This document shows, piece after piece, positions 1 to 9,807 of a stretch of DNA of 20,236 nt. The notes below the pieces were generated by a model. The model saw nothing but the letters and a program-made list of their open reading frames with translations, made no database searches and was not told the DNA's origin. Position 1 is the first letter of the stretch. Each line of letters starts with the position of its first letter. Made by a program: the position numbers and the translations under genes. This DNA comes from an uncultured Fibrobacterales bacterium (GTDB taxonomy: Bacteria; Fibrobacterota; Fibrobacteria; Fibrobacterales; CAWVXU01), in contig CAWVXU010000046.1 of NCBI GenBank assembly GCA_963934255.1, positions 1 through 20,236 on the forward strand. Reading direction: 5' to 3'.

Positions 1-2
1 CA

Positions 3-458
3 AAATTTGCCAATAAAATAAAATCTGATATTGAAGCTAAGAAAAAACTTCTTGAAAGAGCGCACACTGTTGCTGAATCAAGTCAATGGTCTGGTACAGC
101 AGAAGTACTTAAAGAAATGCAACAAGAATGGAAAGAACTCAATCGTATTGGTTCTCAAGAAAAAATATACTGGGATGAATTTAGGGAAATCTGTGATTCA
201 TTCTTTGATCGCCGTAAAGATCAATATGAAATCATGGAACAAACTCGCTTGAATAATCTAGCAGACAAAGAAGATTTACTAAAGCAAGCTCAAGACATTG
301 CTAGTCGCCCTGTATCAGGGGAGTCTCAAAGAGAAATCAAACACTTAAGAACACAGTGGAAAGAAATTGGACAGGTACCGAAGAAATACTCTGATCGAAT
401 TTGGAAAGATTTTAATACTGCATGTGATTCTTGTTTTCCAAAAAGAGAAGATGACTAG
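3..458 (+). CDS. DUF349 repeat-containing protein, C-terminal part (5'-truncated by window edge)
   Basis: The frame of the 117..458 ORF is open from base 3 (KFANKIKSDIEAKKKLLERAHTVAESSQWSGTAEVLKEMQQEWK...). Repeated helical units 'L..QWKEIGQVPKKYSDRIWKDFNTACDSCF' and 'QQEWKELNRIG...YWDEFREICDSFFDRRK' are characteristic of DUF349. Confidence 0.85.
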   Translation, partial: KFANKIKSDIEAKKKLLERAHTVAESSQWSGTAEVLKEMQQEWKELNRIGSQEKIYWDEFREICDSFFDRRKDQYEIMEQTRLNNLADKEDLLKQAQDIASRPVSGESQREIKHLRTQWKEIGQVPKKYSDRIWKDFNTACDSCFPKREDD

Positions 459-486
459 GTTTGATTTGAATTGAATTCAATGGGAT

Positions 487-540
487 TTTTATAAAAAAAG
501 GTCTCAATCCACTAATGGATTGAGACCTTTTTTTATAAAA
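487..540. terminator. Bidirectional intrinsic terminator
   Basis: Perfect 25-bp inverted repeat TTTTATAAAAAAAGGTCTCAATCCA-ctaa-TGGATTGAGACCTTTTTTTATAAAA between convergent genes, with a T-tract on both strands. Confidence 0.93.
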
Positions 541-578
541 TCATATAGTTCAAATGTATTAATACAGCTAAGCCTGGC

Positions 579-2210
579 TTAACCTAAGAGTGCATTTCTT
601 AATTTCATACCCACCGACACCCAGTCATACTTTTCGACGGCAAGTTGACGAAGAGAATCACGGTACTTACCTCGATGATAAAGTTCCTTTAATAACTGAC
701 TTTTTAAATCTTCTACTAGATATTCAGGTTCTTTTCTGAGTTTCATTTTATCAGCCGCTTCTTTAGATATAAACTCTTCAACACGGTCTATGGACGCTCC
801 CATACCTGCGAAATAAGTCCCTAATGGAAAGCTTCCTGAAGCCATGGCTTCAAGGAAAACCAATGGGCCTGCTTCAGCAACTACAGATGGAAATGCTGAT
901 ATATCTGAACATGGAAATAAATGACACAGTTTATCGTGAGTTAAATAGCCTGTAAAAATAACTGATGATTCCTTGAGAACTTTTGACACATCTTCAAACC
1001 ATTTATCTAGTACCCCTTGTTTATCAAGTTCATCCCAATAAATAATAAGCTCATCAAGTGGGGCTTCACCATTACCTTCAAGTATCCCCCCCCATTTTGC
1101 CCACAATCTAGCTTCAGTATATTTCTTATTTCGGATTGCCCACAATATAGACTCAATTAACTCCCTTTGAGGTCCGTGTCCAATCAAAACAAATCTCGTT
1201 GAAGGGAAGTCCTTAAGTATACTCAAGAAAGCCCCCAGGATCGCATGAGCACCTTTGGAGTTAATAAGTCTCCCTACAAATAACACAATGGGGTCTTTTT
1301 CCCAATTAACTGTGTTTAATTTTTCACTAAGGTTTGCATCAGTTTTTTTATGAGAATAGGAATCACAAAGTTTCCTCAATACGGCAACCCAATCATCTTG
1401 ATTTTGAGAATCGATCTGAGACAATTCTAGGTTAAATAAATCCAAGGATGAATTTACTCGGCCAGGTTCAAGTCCTTTTACCATTTCTATCACAGTATCA
1501 ACTTTTTGACGACGACCAGCTAAGTCCACTTGATTAAAAAGCTCTGTGTCTACGCCAAGATTCAGTTCAATCATTTTTGACACCATATCGTCCTTCGGAA
1601 ATAACTCCTTAACACGACCGACCATTTCATCGCCAATAACAAAAATGTTTTGTGCATTTATAAAGGCATCATGCGCCCATTCATACATCCTCTCATCTTT
1701 TTTCACAGCATACTCAATGGCACTTCCATGCGGCATAATCACATAAGGAATATTTAATTCTTTTTGAAGACGCCTAGCTACCACTGACATCAATACAGCG
1801 TGATTAGCATGAAGCACTTGAATACCCTCTTCGGGTATGACTTGACGGAGAATCCTCAGGTTTTTCTCCATATAATCTTCTAGTATGGAAGTTTCAAGCT
1901 CAATCATCGGATGAACTTCTGAAAATTCTTCATATTTATCACGTACATAAACCGGGATCATATTTCCGAGTATTGGCTTATGCATAATACAATCACCTTT
2001 GTAGGGAGATTCACGTTTGAATTCTACAGTGACATTTCCATCTTGATTATAAGTTCTGAACTCATTAATGAAATCATAAATTTCTGGGTGGTTTTCTTGG
2101 CAAAACAAATGAACTGTTTCTCCAGATCTGACCAAGGCGATTACTATTGATCTTGTCCATAAATTCGAACCTGACCCTTCTAATAAATATCCGTGTAGTA
2201 AACCAATCAT
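579..2210 (-). CDS. Glycosyltransferase family 4 (GT-B fold) protein
   Basis: N-terminal HGYLLEGSGS, VLHANH, MPHGS, LGVDTELF, VLFVGRL...KG and the C-terminal E-x7-E motif (PSVVAEAGPLVFLEAMASG); ends with YDW. SD-like AAGGGA upstream. Confidence 0.9.
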   Translation of the reverse strand: MIGLLHGYLLEGSGSNLWTRSIVIALVRSGETVHLFCQENHPEIYDFINEFRTYNQDGNVTVEFKRESPYKGDCIMHKPILGNMIPVYVRDKYEEFSEVHPMIELETSILEDYMEKNLRILRQVIPEEGIQVLHANHAVLMSVVARRLQKELNIPYVIMPHGSAIEYAVKKDERMYEWAHDAFINAQNIFVIGDEMVGRVKELFPKDDMVSKMIELNLGVDTELFNQVDLAGRRQKVDTVIEMVKGLEPGRVNSSLDLFNLELSQIDSQNQDDWVAVLRKLCDSYSHKKTDANLSEKLNTVNWEKDPIVLFVGRLINSKGAHAILGAFLSILKDFPSTRFVLIGHGPQRELIESILWAIRNKKYTEARLWAKWGGILEGNGEAPLDELIIYWDELDKQGVLDKWFEDVSKVLKESSVIFTGYLTHDKLCHLFPCSDISAFPSVVAEAGPLVFLEAMASGSFPLGTYFAGMGASIDRVEEFISKEAADKMKLRKEPEYLVEDLKSQLLKELYHRGKYRDSLRQLAVEKYDWVSVGMKLRNALLG

Positions 2211-2334
2211 AAGTTTCCCTTTATCAAGTATCGGTTGTCTGTCATCTTGAAATACAAAACAGCTTATCCCGAAAATTTAATTTATTCAAACACTTACAAC
2301 TCAGCAAATAGTCAATTTATTGAGAATACCAAAT

Positions 2335-2363
2335 AAAAAAGACTGCCCCTGAGGGCAGTCTTT
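2335..2363 (-). terminator. Intrinsic terminator downstream of symporter
   Basis: On the minus strand: AAAGACTGCCC-tcag-GGGCAGTCTTT continuing into a T-tract. Confidence 0.88.
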
Positions 2364-2401
2364 AAAGAGAACTCTAAGCCGCCAAGATGGCTTCATGTAT
2401 T

Positions 2402-4501
2402 TTATGCACGTTTTTGATCAATTTTCCCCATACCTACAATAGTATACCAAAGTAGTCCAACAAAAATAACCATCAAGATTGAACCCACTAGGTATTCGAG
2501 TCTTAGAAGGTAACCTAAGCCAAACATACCGGCATAAATAGATATTGAACCAGTTGCAAAGTACAAGAATGATTCGGCAAGTGATCTTTCAGCTGAATAT
2601 CCAACATTAAGTCCTTTCCAGAATCCCATAGGACGAACTTTTTGAACGAACTTAAGTAAAATCTCATCTGGAACTTTTGCTGTAAGCATCGTTACAACAA
2701 TAGCAACTGATCCAGAGATCAAACTTACCCAACAAATCCAATTAATCGCATGTGGTGCCATTGATGTAGGTAGTATTGAAACTGCACCCTCTTCTTTCAA
2801 GAAGAAGTTAAGAATCGCTAGGCCAACGCCCACAATCATACCTGAGAGTTCTGTCCAAGCATTTGCTCTCCACCATAACCAACGAAGTAAATGAGGGAAA
2901 CCAAGTCCAGCCATCATCGCTCCATAGAATTCCCATGCGTCACCGATATTTGTAATAAATTTCCCAATGAAAATCGCAACGACTGCAATACCCACAGTAG
3001 ACAAACGAGAAACAAATGTGAGTTGTTTTTCTGAAGCTTTAGGATTAACAAAGCGATAATAAAAATCATTTGCAATATATGAAGCACCCCAGTTAATATG
3101 AGTTGAAACTGTTGACATGAATGCCGCCATCAGAGCTGCAATAGCCAAACCAATTAAACCAACTGGAAGAACTTTTTTAATTAGGGCAGGGTAACCACGC
3201 TCACGGTCTTCTTTGAAAACTGGAACATCTTTGAAAGTTTTACCTTCACGAGCTTCTGGAAGCAAAGGGTTTGCTCCAAACACCTCTAATGGTCCTTCAG
3301 ATTTATATAACATGCCAAATTCTTCAATTTCACATTGGTAACGATTTTCAATACAAACAGTCATTTGCTCTGTACACTGCGATGAGTCGTTTTGACACAT
3401 AGTAAATGCACGAGCAGCGTCATCCACACTATTACGTGGGAAAATGACTAAAGCTGCGACACCGGTTATAGCCCATGGCCATGAACGAAGCATGAAGTTT
3501 GCAACACCATACCATAGCGCTCCTTTTTCTGCTTCACCACCATCTTTGGCTGTATATAATCGCTGAGCAAGATAACCAGACCCATCGACATTACCATTGG
3601 CCCACCAAGCCATACCAAGAGTTAATACGAATGCACTTAAAGGAAAACCAAGGGCTCCAATAGCTCCGATATCGTCAAACGATGGAATGAATGTTGAAAC
3701 TTGTTCATGTGTTAAGTAAACATCACCAGACCTACTTTGAGCACTATGATCTGCAGGATAGAGCGTTTCTAATTTTGACCATGTTTCGCTCATACCACCA
3801 GCATAATTTACTGCAGCAAAAGCAAGGAAAATAGACATTCCCATCGCAAGAACAAATTGAACTAAATCTGTAATAATAACAGCGCGTAAACCACCTACTG
3901 TAGAATAGATAACTGTCACAACAATAAGAATCATCAAGGTGATTGTATTGTCTAGAGTATTAAACATGAGCTTTTCAGGATAGAAATTCCCAATAAAAGT
4001 GTAGAACCCTGTACCAAGCCATGATTCCCAATCCATAAATGGTTCAGAAATTTTGGCCATACCAGCTAGAACCCAACCCAGGATAATACAATTTACTAAT
4101 GTAGAAGAAATTGCCGCTTTGACCGTACGAAGTACAGCAGCAGGTTTACCACCATAACGCATTTCAGATAACTCAACATCAGTCACAACACCTGAGGTTC
4201 TCCATTTACGCGCAAAGAAAACTGTCATAGCCATGGTACCTAAAACACCACCCCACCAAAACCAGTTACCTGCGATACCATATTTTGCTATCCACCCAGT
4301 AATAGCAAGTGGGGTATCTGAAGCAAAAGTTGTTGCAACAATAGATGTGCCAAGAGCCCACCATTTCATGTCACGTCCAGCAGTAAAGAACCCGTCCATA
4401 CCACCTTCATTTGCTTTGTCTTTTACTAAGACTCCAACTGCAAATGAAAAGACCAAAAAGGCCCCAATTATTGATAGGTCAATGACCGAAAGTGCACCCA
4501 T
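2402..4501 (-). CDS. Sodium:solute symporter (SSS/SLC5 family), substrate unknown
   Basis: About 13-14 hydrophobic segments. Motifs FFTAGRDMKWW, SIVATTFASDTPL, GGLRAVIITDLVQ, YLAQRLYTAK, AAFMSTVSTHINWGASY, RWLWWRANAW. GAGG SD upstream. Confidence 0.93.
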   Translation of the reverse strand: MGALSVIDLSIIGAFLVFSFAVGVLVKDKANEGGMDGFFTAGRDMKWWALGTSIVATTFASDTPLAITGWIAKYGIAGNWFWWGGVLGTMAMTVFFARKWRTSGVVTDVELSEMRYGGKPAAVLRTVKAAISSTLVNCIILGWVLAGMAKISEPFMDWESWLGTGFYTFIGNFYPEKLMFNTLDNTITLMILIVVTVIYSTVGGLRAVIITDLVQFVLAMGMSIFLAFAAVNYAGGMSETWSKLETLYPADHSAQSRSGDVYLTHEQVSTFIPSFDDIGAIGALGFPLSAFVLTLGMAWWANGNVDGSGYLAQRLYTAKDGGEAEKGALWYGVANFMLRSWPWAITGVAALVIFPRNSVDDAARAFTMCQNDSSQCTEQMTVCIENRYQCEIEEFGMLYKSEGPLEVFGANPLLPEAREGKTFKDVPVFKEDRERGYPALIKKVLPVGLIGLAIAALMAAFMSTVSTHINWGASYIANDFYYRFVNPKASEKQLTFVSRLSTVGIAVVAIFIGKFITNIGDAWEFYGAMMAGLGFPHLLRWLWWRANAWTELSGMIVGVGLAILNFFLKEEGAVSILPTSMAPHAINWICWVSLISGSVAIVVTMLTAKVPDEILLKFVQKVRPMGFWKGLNVGYSAERSLAESFLYFATGSISIYAGMFGLGYLLRLEYLVGSILMVIFVGLLWYTIVGMGKIDQKRA

Positions 4502-4763
4502 GTATATAACCTCAAGTTTTATAAATTAATTTGAGTTCAATATAGCCAAATACTCAACTTTCATCGGTAATTTAAGACCTTTTATCGGAGTATTTCAAAA
4601 GATTTTATCAATCTGAATACTGAAATTATCAAGTCACAGTGGTATATTCAGCATTTCAGGATACACGTCTCTAGAGGCTTATTAATATTGAATTGATTTA
4701 TTCAATCCCTCTTACAATTTATCAAAAGTATGATATTTGAAGGAGACTAATGATTTGGATGAT

Positions 4764-4796
4764 AAAAAGCCCTTGTAAAGTGCATTTACAAGGGCT
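4764..4796 (-). terminator. Intrinsic terminator downstream of guaB
   Basis: AGCCCTTGTAAA-N5-TTTACAAGGGCT 12-bp stem followed by T-tract on the minus strand. Confidence 0.88.
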
Positions 4797-4844
4797 AAAA
4801 TTTCGGCAATCTACTTTGAGAAAGACCTCTTTGAGGTATAATAT

Positions 4845-6335
<1,491 letters not shown>

Positions 6336-6382
6336 CTACTAAATTTAGTTAATTCTTTAAACTTGAACCAACAATTTAAGGT

Positions 6383-6937
6383 TTAAGCGGCGCCATTAAA
6401 TTGGCTCATAGCCTCACTTACGCCACTTTGTATTAATACTGTAGATAATTTTTCGACTTTATCTAGCATTGAATTCAGGTCATCTGCTTCAACACCCTTG
6501 GGTTTAGATAATACAAAACTGGACAAGTCTTGATTACCTAGTGGACCACCTACTCCAAGTCGAACTCGAGTGAAATCACTTCCTATTCTTGAAATAATGT
6601 CGCGCAATCCGTTTTGCCCGCCATGAGAACCCTTTGAACGAATTCTGATTTTTCCAGCATCAATATTTACATCATCTACAAAAACACAAATTTCTTGTGG
6701 CTTAATTTTAAATGTAGTCATGAGAGACTGAACAGCTTCACCAGAAAGATTCATATAAGTTTGTGGCTTTACAAGTAAAACATTCTTATTACCCACCTGC
6801 GCCTTACAAACTTTAGCCTTGCCTTTTTTTTCCCAATTTTCAAATTCTGCTAATTTATCTACTGCCGCAAAACCAATATTGTGTCTAGTTCCTTCGTATT
6901 TTGAACCAGGATTTCCTAAACCAATAAACATTCTCAC
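6383..6937 (-). CDS. pth: Peptidyl-tRNA hydrolase
   Basis: GLGNPG..Y..TRHNIG, KPQTYMNLSG, GGQNG, RVRLGVG; GTG start; canonical position after rplY. Confidence 0.97.
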   Translation of the reverse strand: MRMFIGLGNPGSKYEGTRHNIGFAAVDKLAEFENWEKKGKAKVCKAQVGNKNVLLVKPQTYMNLSGEAVQSLMTTFKIKPQEICVFVDDVNIDAGKIRIRSKGSHGGQNGLRDIISRIGSDFTRVRLGVGGPLGNQDLSSFVLSKPKGVEADDLNSMLDKVEKLSTVLIQSGVSEAMSQFNGAA

Positions 6938-6973
6938 GCTTGAACCCCTGAATATAATAAGTTAAAAATAAGC

Positions 6974-7006
6974 AAAAAGGACCCCACTTAAAAAGCAAGG
7001 TCCCTC
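6974..7006 (-). terminator. Intrinsic terminator between rplY and pth
   Basis: Minus strand GAGGGACCTTGCTT-ttt-AAGTGGGGTCCTTT(TT): a 14-bp stem that pairs fully only on this strand (G-U pairs), ending in a U-tract. Confidence 0.75.
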
Positions 7007-7031
7007 AAAAAAAGCTTGGCCTAAATGATTA

Positions 7032-7595
7032 TTATTTAGCGCCGCCACGACCTGATTTGATAGTGAAAAGAACTGCTCTATCAGAAGATTCTAACTTAGC
7101 ACCTTTCAAATCAATATTACGCACGTAGTAAGAGAAGCCAGCCTCATATTCATTAATATCAATTGAGAAACTACCAGGAATTTCAGCTGGTAGACAAGAG
7201 ATACGAATGACTTTAGTCTGTTGCATGAAAGCCCCACCTTGAGTACGAACACCCACAGGAACTCCTTCAAGATGGACAGGAACATAAACTTTAATCGTTT
7301 CGTCTTCACGAACTAATTTAAAATCAAGGTGCACTATCTGTTGAGTAATAACATCTTTTTGAACATCGTAAACAATAACAGAGTACTCAGAACCACCAAC
7401 AACAACATTTAACAAGTTGTTACGACGACCAGGACCATATACATCTCTGAATTCAGTTTGTTTGACAGAACAAAGAACTGGCTCAGCACCTTTGCCGTAA
7501 ATTACAGCAGGAATTGAATCAGAAGCACGTAGTGTATTAAGATCACCTTGACTTGTAACTTCACGAGAATTTGCATTTAGTGTAATAAGTTTCAT
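7032..7595 (-). CDS. rplY: 50S ribosomal protein L25/general stress protein Ctc
   Basis: LR....IPAVIYG, VHLDF, VPVHLEGVPVGVRTQGG, CLPAEIP. Start moved from 7631 to ATG 7595 (MKLITLNANSRE, 187 aa) to match the family N-terminus. Confidence 0.96.
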   Translation of the reverse strand: MKLITLNANSREVTSQGDLNTLRASDSIPAVIYGKGAEPVLCSVKQTEFRDVYGPGRRNNLLNVVVGGSEYSVIVYDVQKDVITQQIVHLDFKLVREDETIKVYVPVHLEGVPVGVRTQGGAFMQQTKVIRISCLPAEIPGSFSIDINEYEAGFSYYVRNIDLKGAKLESSDRAVLFTIKSGRGGAK

Positions 7596-7613
7596 CTTAT
7601 TGCTTTCTTCTTC

Positions 7614-7646
7614 AAAAAAACATCTAGCCATGAGCTAGTATGTCTT
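7614..7646 (-). terminator. Terminator-like hairpin between tRNA-Gln and rplY
   Basis: Minus strand AAGACAT-A-CTAGC-tcatg-GCTAG-ATGTTTTTTT: bulged stem followed by U7. Confidence 0.65.
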
Positions 7647-7659
7647 CAAAATTAAATAG

Positions 7660-7732
7660 TTGGGGTAGCAGGACTTGAACCTGCGCATACCAGAATCAAA
7701 ATCTGGTGTCTTACCAACTTGACGATACCCCA
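7660..7732 (-). tRNA. tRNA-Gln (anticodon TTG), CCA not encoded
   Basis: Reverse complement folds as a cloverleaf: acceptor TGGGGTA/TACCCCA, D arm GTC-AAGTTGGTAA-GAC, anticodon arm CCAGA-TTTTGAT-TCTGG, T arm GCAGG-TTCAAGT-CCTGC, discriminator A. U1-A72 is typical of tRNA-Gln; canonical position after ispE. Confidence 0.98.
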
Positions 7733-7744
7733 ACAAAAGTGGGA

Positions 7745-7752
7745 CAAATATA
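7745..7752 (-). promoter_or_regulatory. Putative -10/-7 promoter element (TATATTTG) for tRNA-Gln
   Basis: TATATTTG ends 12 nt before the mature tRNA 5' end and matches the TAnnTTTG pattern known from Bacteroidota promoters. Confidence 0.5.
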
Positions 7753-7754
7753 AA

Positions 7755-8690
7755 TTATTGACTTTCTGCTTCCAAGTGGTTTTTTTCAAAAGAAGTCACT
7801 TTTTTGTATCTCAAACCAGGAAAAACCGAGGATACAGCATCATATGCACTCTCTGCATCCGCTTTGTCTTTAAAAAGACCAAAAACACTCGCTCCCGAAC
7901 CAGACATTAAAGACTTAACAGCACCTTGTTTACTCATCCAAATTTTCAACTTTTCAATCTGTGGATGTTTTTTAAAGACAGTCTTTTCGAAATGATTGAA
8001 ATAAAGTTTGTCTAAAAACGCAGATTCACCCCTTAAATCTTTTTCAGACTTATTAATAGAGCATTCATACTGCTCAATAAATTTTTGAAATTCATTGGCA
8101 CCCCTCGGGACAAGCTCTGAATAAGCTGCTGCTGTACTGACGAAGTCAGAAGGCGTCACTATTAATACATGAAAACCACTAGGAGGTTGAACAGGTCTTA
8201 GTCTCTCGCCTATGCCTTCAGCAATCGCAGTTCCACCTTGAATCATAAATGGAACATCTGCCCCAAGTGGAGTTCCAAGCTTTTCTAGTATAGAGAAAGA
8301 TAACGCTAAGCTCCAAAGTTTATTGAGTCCACGAAGCGTTGCAGCAGCATCAGCAGAACCGCCGCCAAGACCTGCACCCATCGGTAAGGACTTTTCAACA
8401 GAAATTCGCACACCTTTGGTTTCCATCAACACCGAACTGATACCTTGAGACTTCGCATATGATTTTAAACTCATCGCGGCCTTGTATATTAGATTATCCT
8501 CAGGATTATCAGTCACCTCCGAATCGCACTCTATTTGAATACCTAGATCGTCAATTAATTCAAACTCCAAAACATCATGAATATTAATTGTCTGGAAAAT
8601 AGTTCCAATGTCGTGATAGCCATCGTCTCTTTTATTCAAAACATCTAAATGCAAATTTACTTTGGCAAATGCTAATTCTTGAATCTTCAT
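7755..8690 (-). CDS. ispE: 4-diphosphocytidyl-2-C-methyl-D-erythritol kinase
   Basis: AKVNLHL...RDDGYHDI, DNLIYKAA, KSLPMGAGLGGGSADAA, LGADVPF, MSGSGASVF; GAGGTG SD. Confidence 0.98.
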   Translation of the reverse strand: MKIQELAFAKVNLHLDVLNKRDDGYHDIGTIFQTINIHDVLEFELIDDLGIQIECDSEVTDNPEDNLIYKAAMSLKSYAKSQGISSVLMETKGVRISVEKSLPMGAGLGGGSADAAATLRGLNKLWSLALSFSILEKLGTPLGADVPFMIQGGTAIAEGIGERLRPVQPPSGFHVLIVTPSDFVSTAAAYSELVPRGANEFQKFIEQYECSINKSEKDLRGESAFLDKLYFNHFEKTVFKKHPQIEKLKIWMSKQGAVKSLMSGSGASVFGLFKDKADAESAYDAVSSVFPGLRYKKVTSFEKNHLEAESQ

Positions 8691-8759
8691 AACACCTCTA
8701 GTTGAAACTTAAGGCAAGCTTTCCTACCTTTACTTTTTTTCCAATAGTTAAAGTAGAAA

Positions 8760-9692
8760 ATGATGGATACAAAAAGCCACCTTTTGACATTGTTGGATTG
8801 GGACGCGTCTCAAATACAACAATCAATTAACCTAGCCATAGAGCTCAAATCAAACTTGAAATCATCAGGTCCTGAGACTTCGCGTCAAGGCCGCACGATA
8901 GCAATGTATTTTGAAAAGCCTTCGCTTAGAACAATTTCCACTTTTCAAATTGGAATCACTCAACTCGGTGGGAATTCTATTCAATTAAATCCACAGTCTA
9001 TTGGTCTTGGCACCAGAGAGCCGGTTGAAGATGTTGCACGCTGCGTTGGTCGTTGGGCTGATTGCTTGGTGATACGCTGTTTTGACCAATCACTTGTTGA
9101 AGACTTTGCAAAATTTTCTGGAATCCCTGTAATTAACGCTTTAACTGATGATTTCCACCCATGTCAGGCTCTTGCATTAGGACAGACTATACAAGAACAT
9201 TTGGGCGCTCTCAATGGAAAAACGGTCACTTTTGTTGGAGATGGGAATAATGTGGCTAATTCAATTGGAATTATGTGCGCCAAACTTGGTATGCATTTTA
9301 AGCTTGCATGCCCTAATGGTTATGAACAATCCGCTCGCATTATTTCGGAAATAAATAACCTAAACAAAGTTTCTGGTGGATCATATGAAAGATATGATAA
9401 CGCTCAAGATGCAGTAAAAACAACTGACCTTATCTATACAGATGTTTGGGCTTCAATGGGGCAAGAAGAAGAACAAGTTGAGCGAGCTAAAATATTTATG
9501 CCGTTTCAAGTCAATGATGAGCTTATAGCAATCGCTGGTCCTGATTGTCTTGTCACACATTGTCTTCCTGCACATCGTGGTGAAGAAATTAGCGCCTCCG
9601 TTATGGATATGGCTAAAAATGTTTGCTTTGATGAGGCTGAAAATCGGCTTCATGCACAAAAAGCAGTAATGAAACTTCTCATTCAGAAATAA
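8760..9692 (+). CDS. argF: Ornithine carbamoyltransferase
   Basis: FEKPSLRT, HPCQAL, GDGNNVANS, YTDVWASMGQE (ornithine SMG loop), HCLPAHRGEE, EAENRLH. Confidence 0.96.
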   Translation: MMDTKSHLLTLLDWDASQIQQSINLAIELKSNLKSSGPETSRQGRTIAMYFEKPSLRTISTFQIGITQLGGNSIQLNPQSIGLGTREPVEDVARCVGRWADCLVIRCFDQSLVEDFAKFSGIPVINALTDDFHPCQALALGQTIQEHLGALNGKTVTFVGDGNNVANSIGIMCAKLGMHFKLACPNGYEQSARIISEINNLNKVSGGSYERYDNAQDAVKTTDLIYTDVWASMGQEEEQVERAKIFMPFQVNDELIAIAGPDCLVTHCLPAHRGEEISASVMDMAKNVCFDEAENRLHAQKAVMKLLIQK

Positions 9693-9710
9693 GCCCAAAT
9701 TTAATAAACC

Positions 9711-9743
9711 AAAGGCTAACCAGAATAATGGTTAGCCTTTTTT
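9711..9743 (+). terminator. Intrinsic terminator after argF (possibly bidirectional)
   Basis: AAAGGCTAACCA-gaataa-TGGTTAGCCTTT-TTT. Confidence 0.9.
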
Positions 9744-9807
9744 ATTTCTCAATATGATTGCAAATACCCGTCTTATATGCCTCTGCCCAATAACGTTATC
9801 ACTTGCA

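Noticed and set aside
31..252. 73-aa ORF in the track
   Set aside because: Out-of-frame shadow of the DUF349 gene, whose frame is open from base 3.
487..540. 25-bp perfect inverted repeat as MITE or REP element
   Set aside because: Single copy in the window, no target-site duplication, and position between convergent genes is fully explained by a bidirectional terminator.
7660..7732. tRNA as integration site for an island
   Set aside because: No integrase, no duplicated tRNA 3' end noticed, and flanking genes are core housekeeping.
8760..9692. SLRT motif suggesting N-acetyl- or N-succinylornithine transcarbamylase
   Set aside because: The DVWASMGQE loop and HCLPAHRGEE are those of true ornithine carbamoyltransferase.
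9744..9807. Sigma-54 promoter near the activator gene (TTGCA motifs)
   Set aside because: No GG at the -24 position relative to either TTGC on either strand, and no downstream gene to drive.
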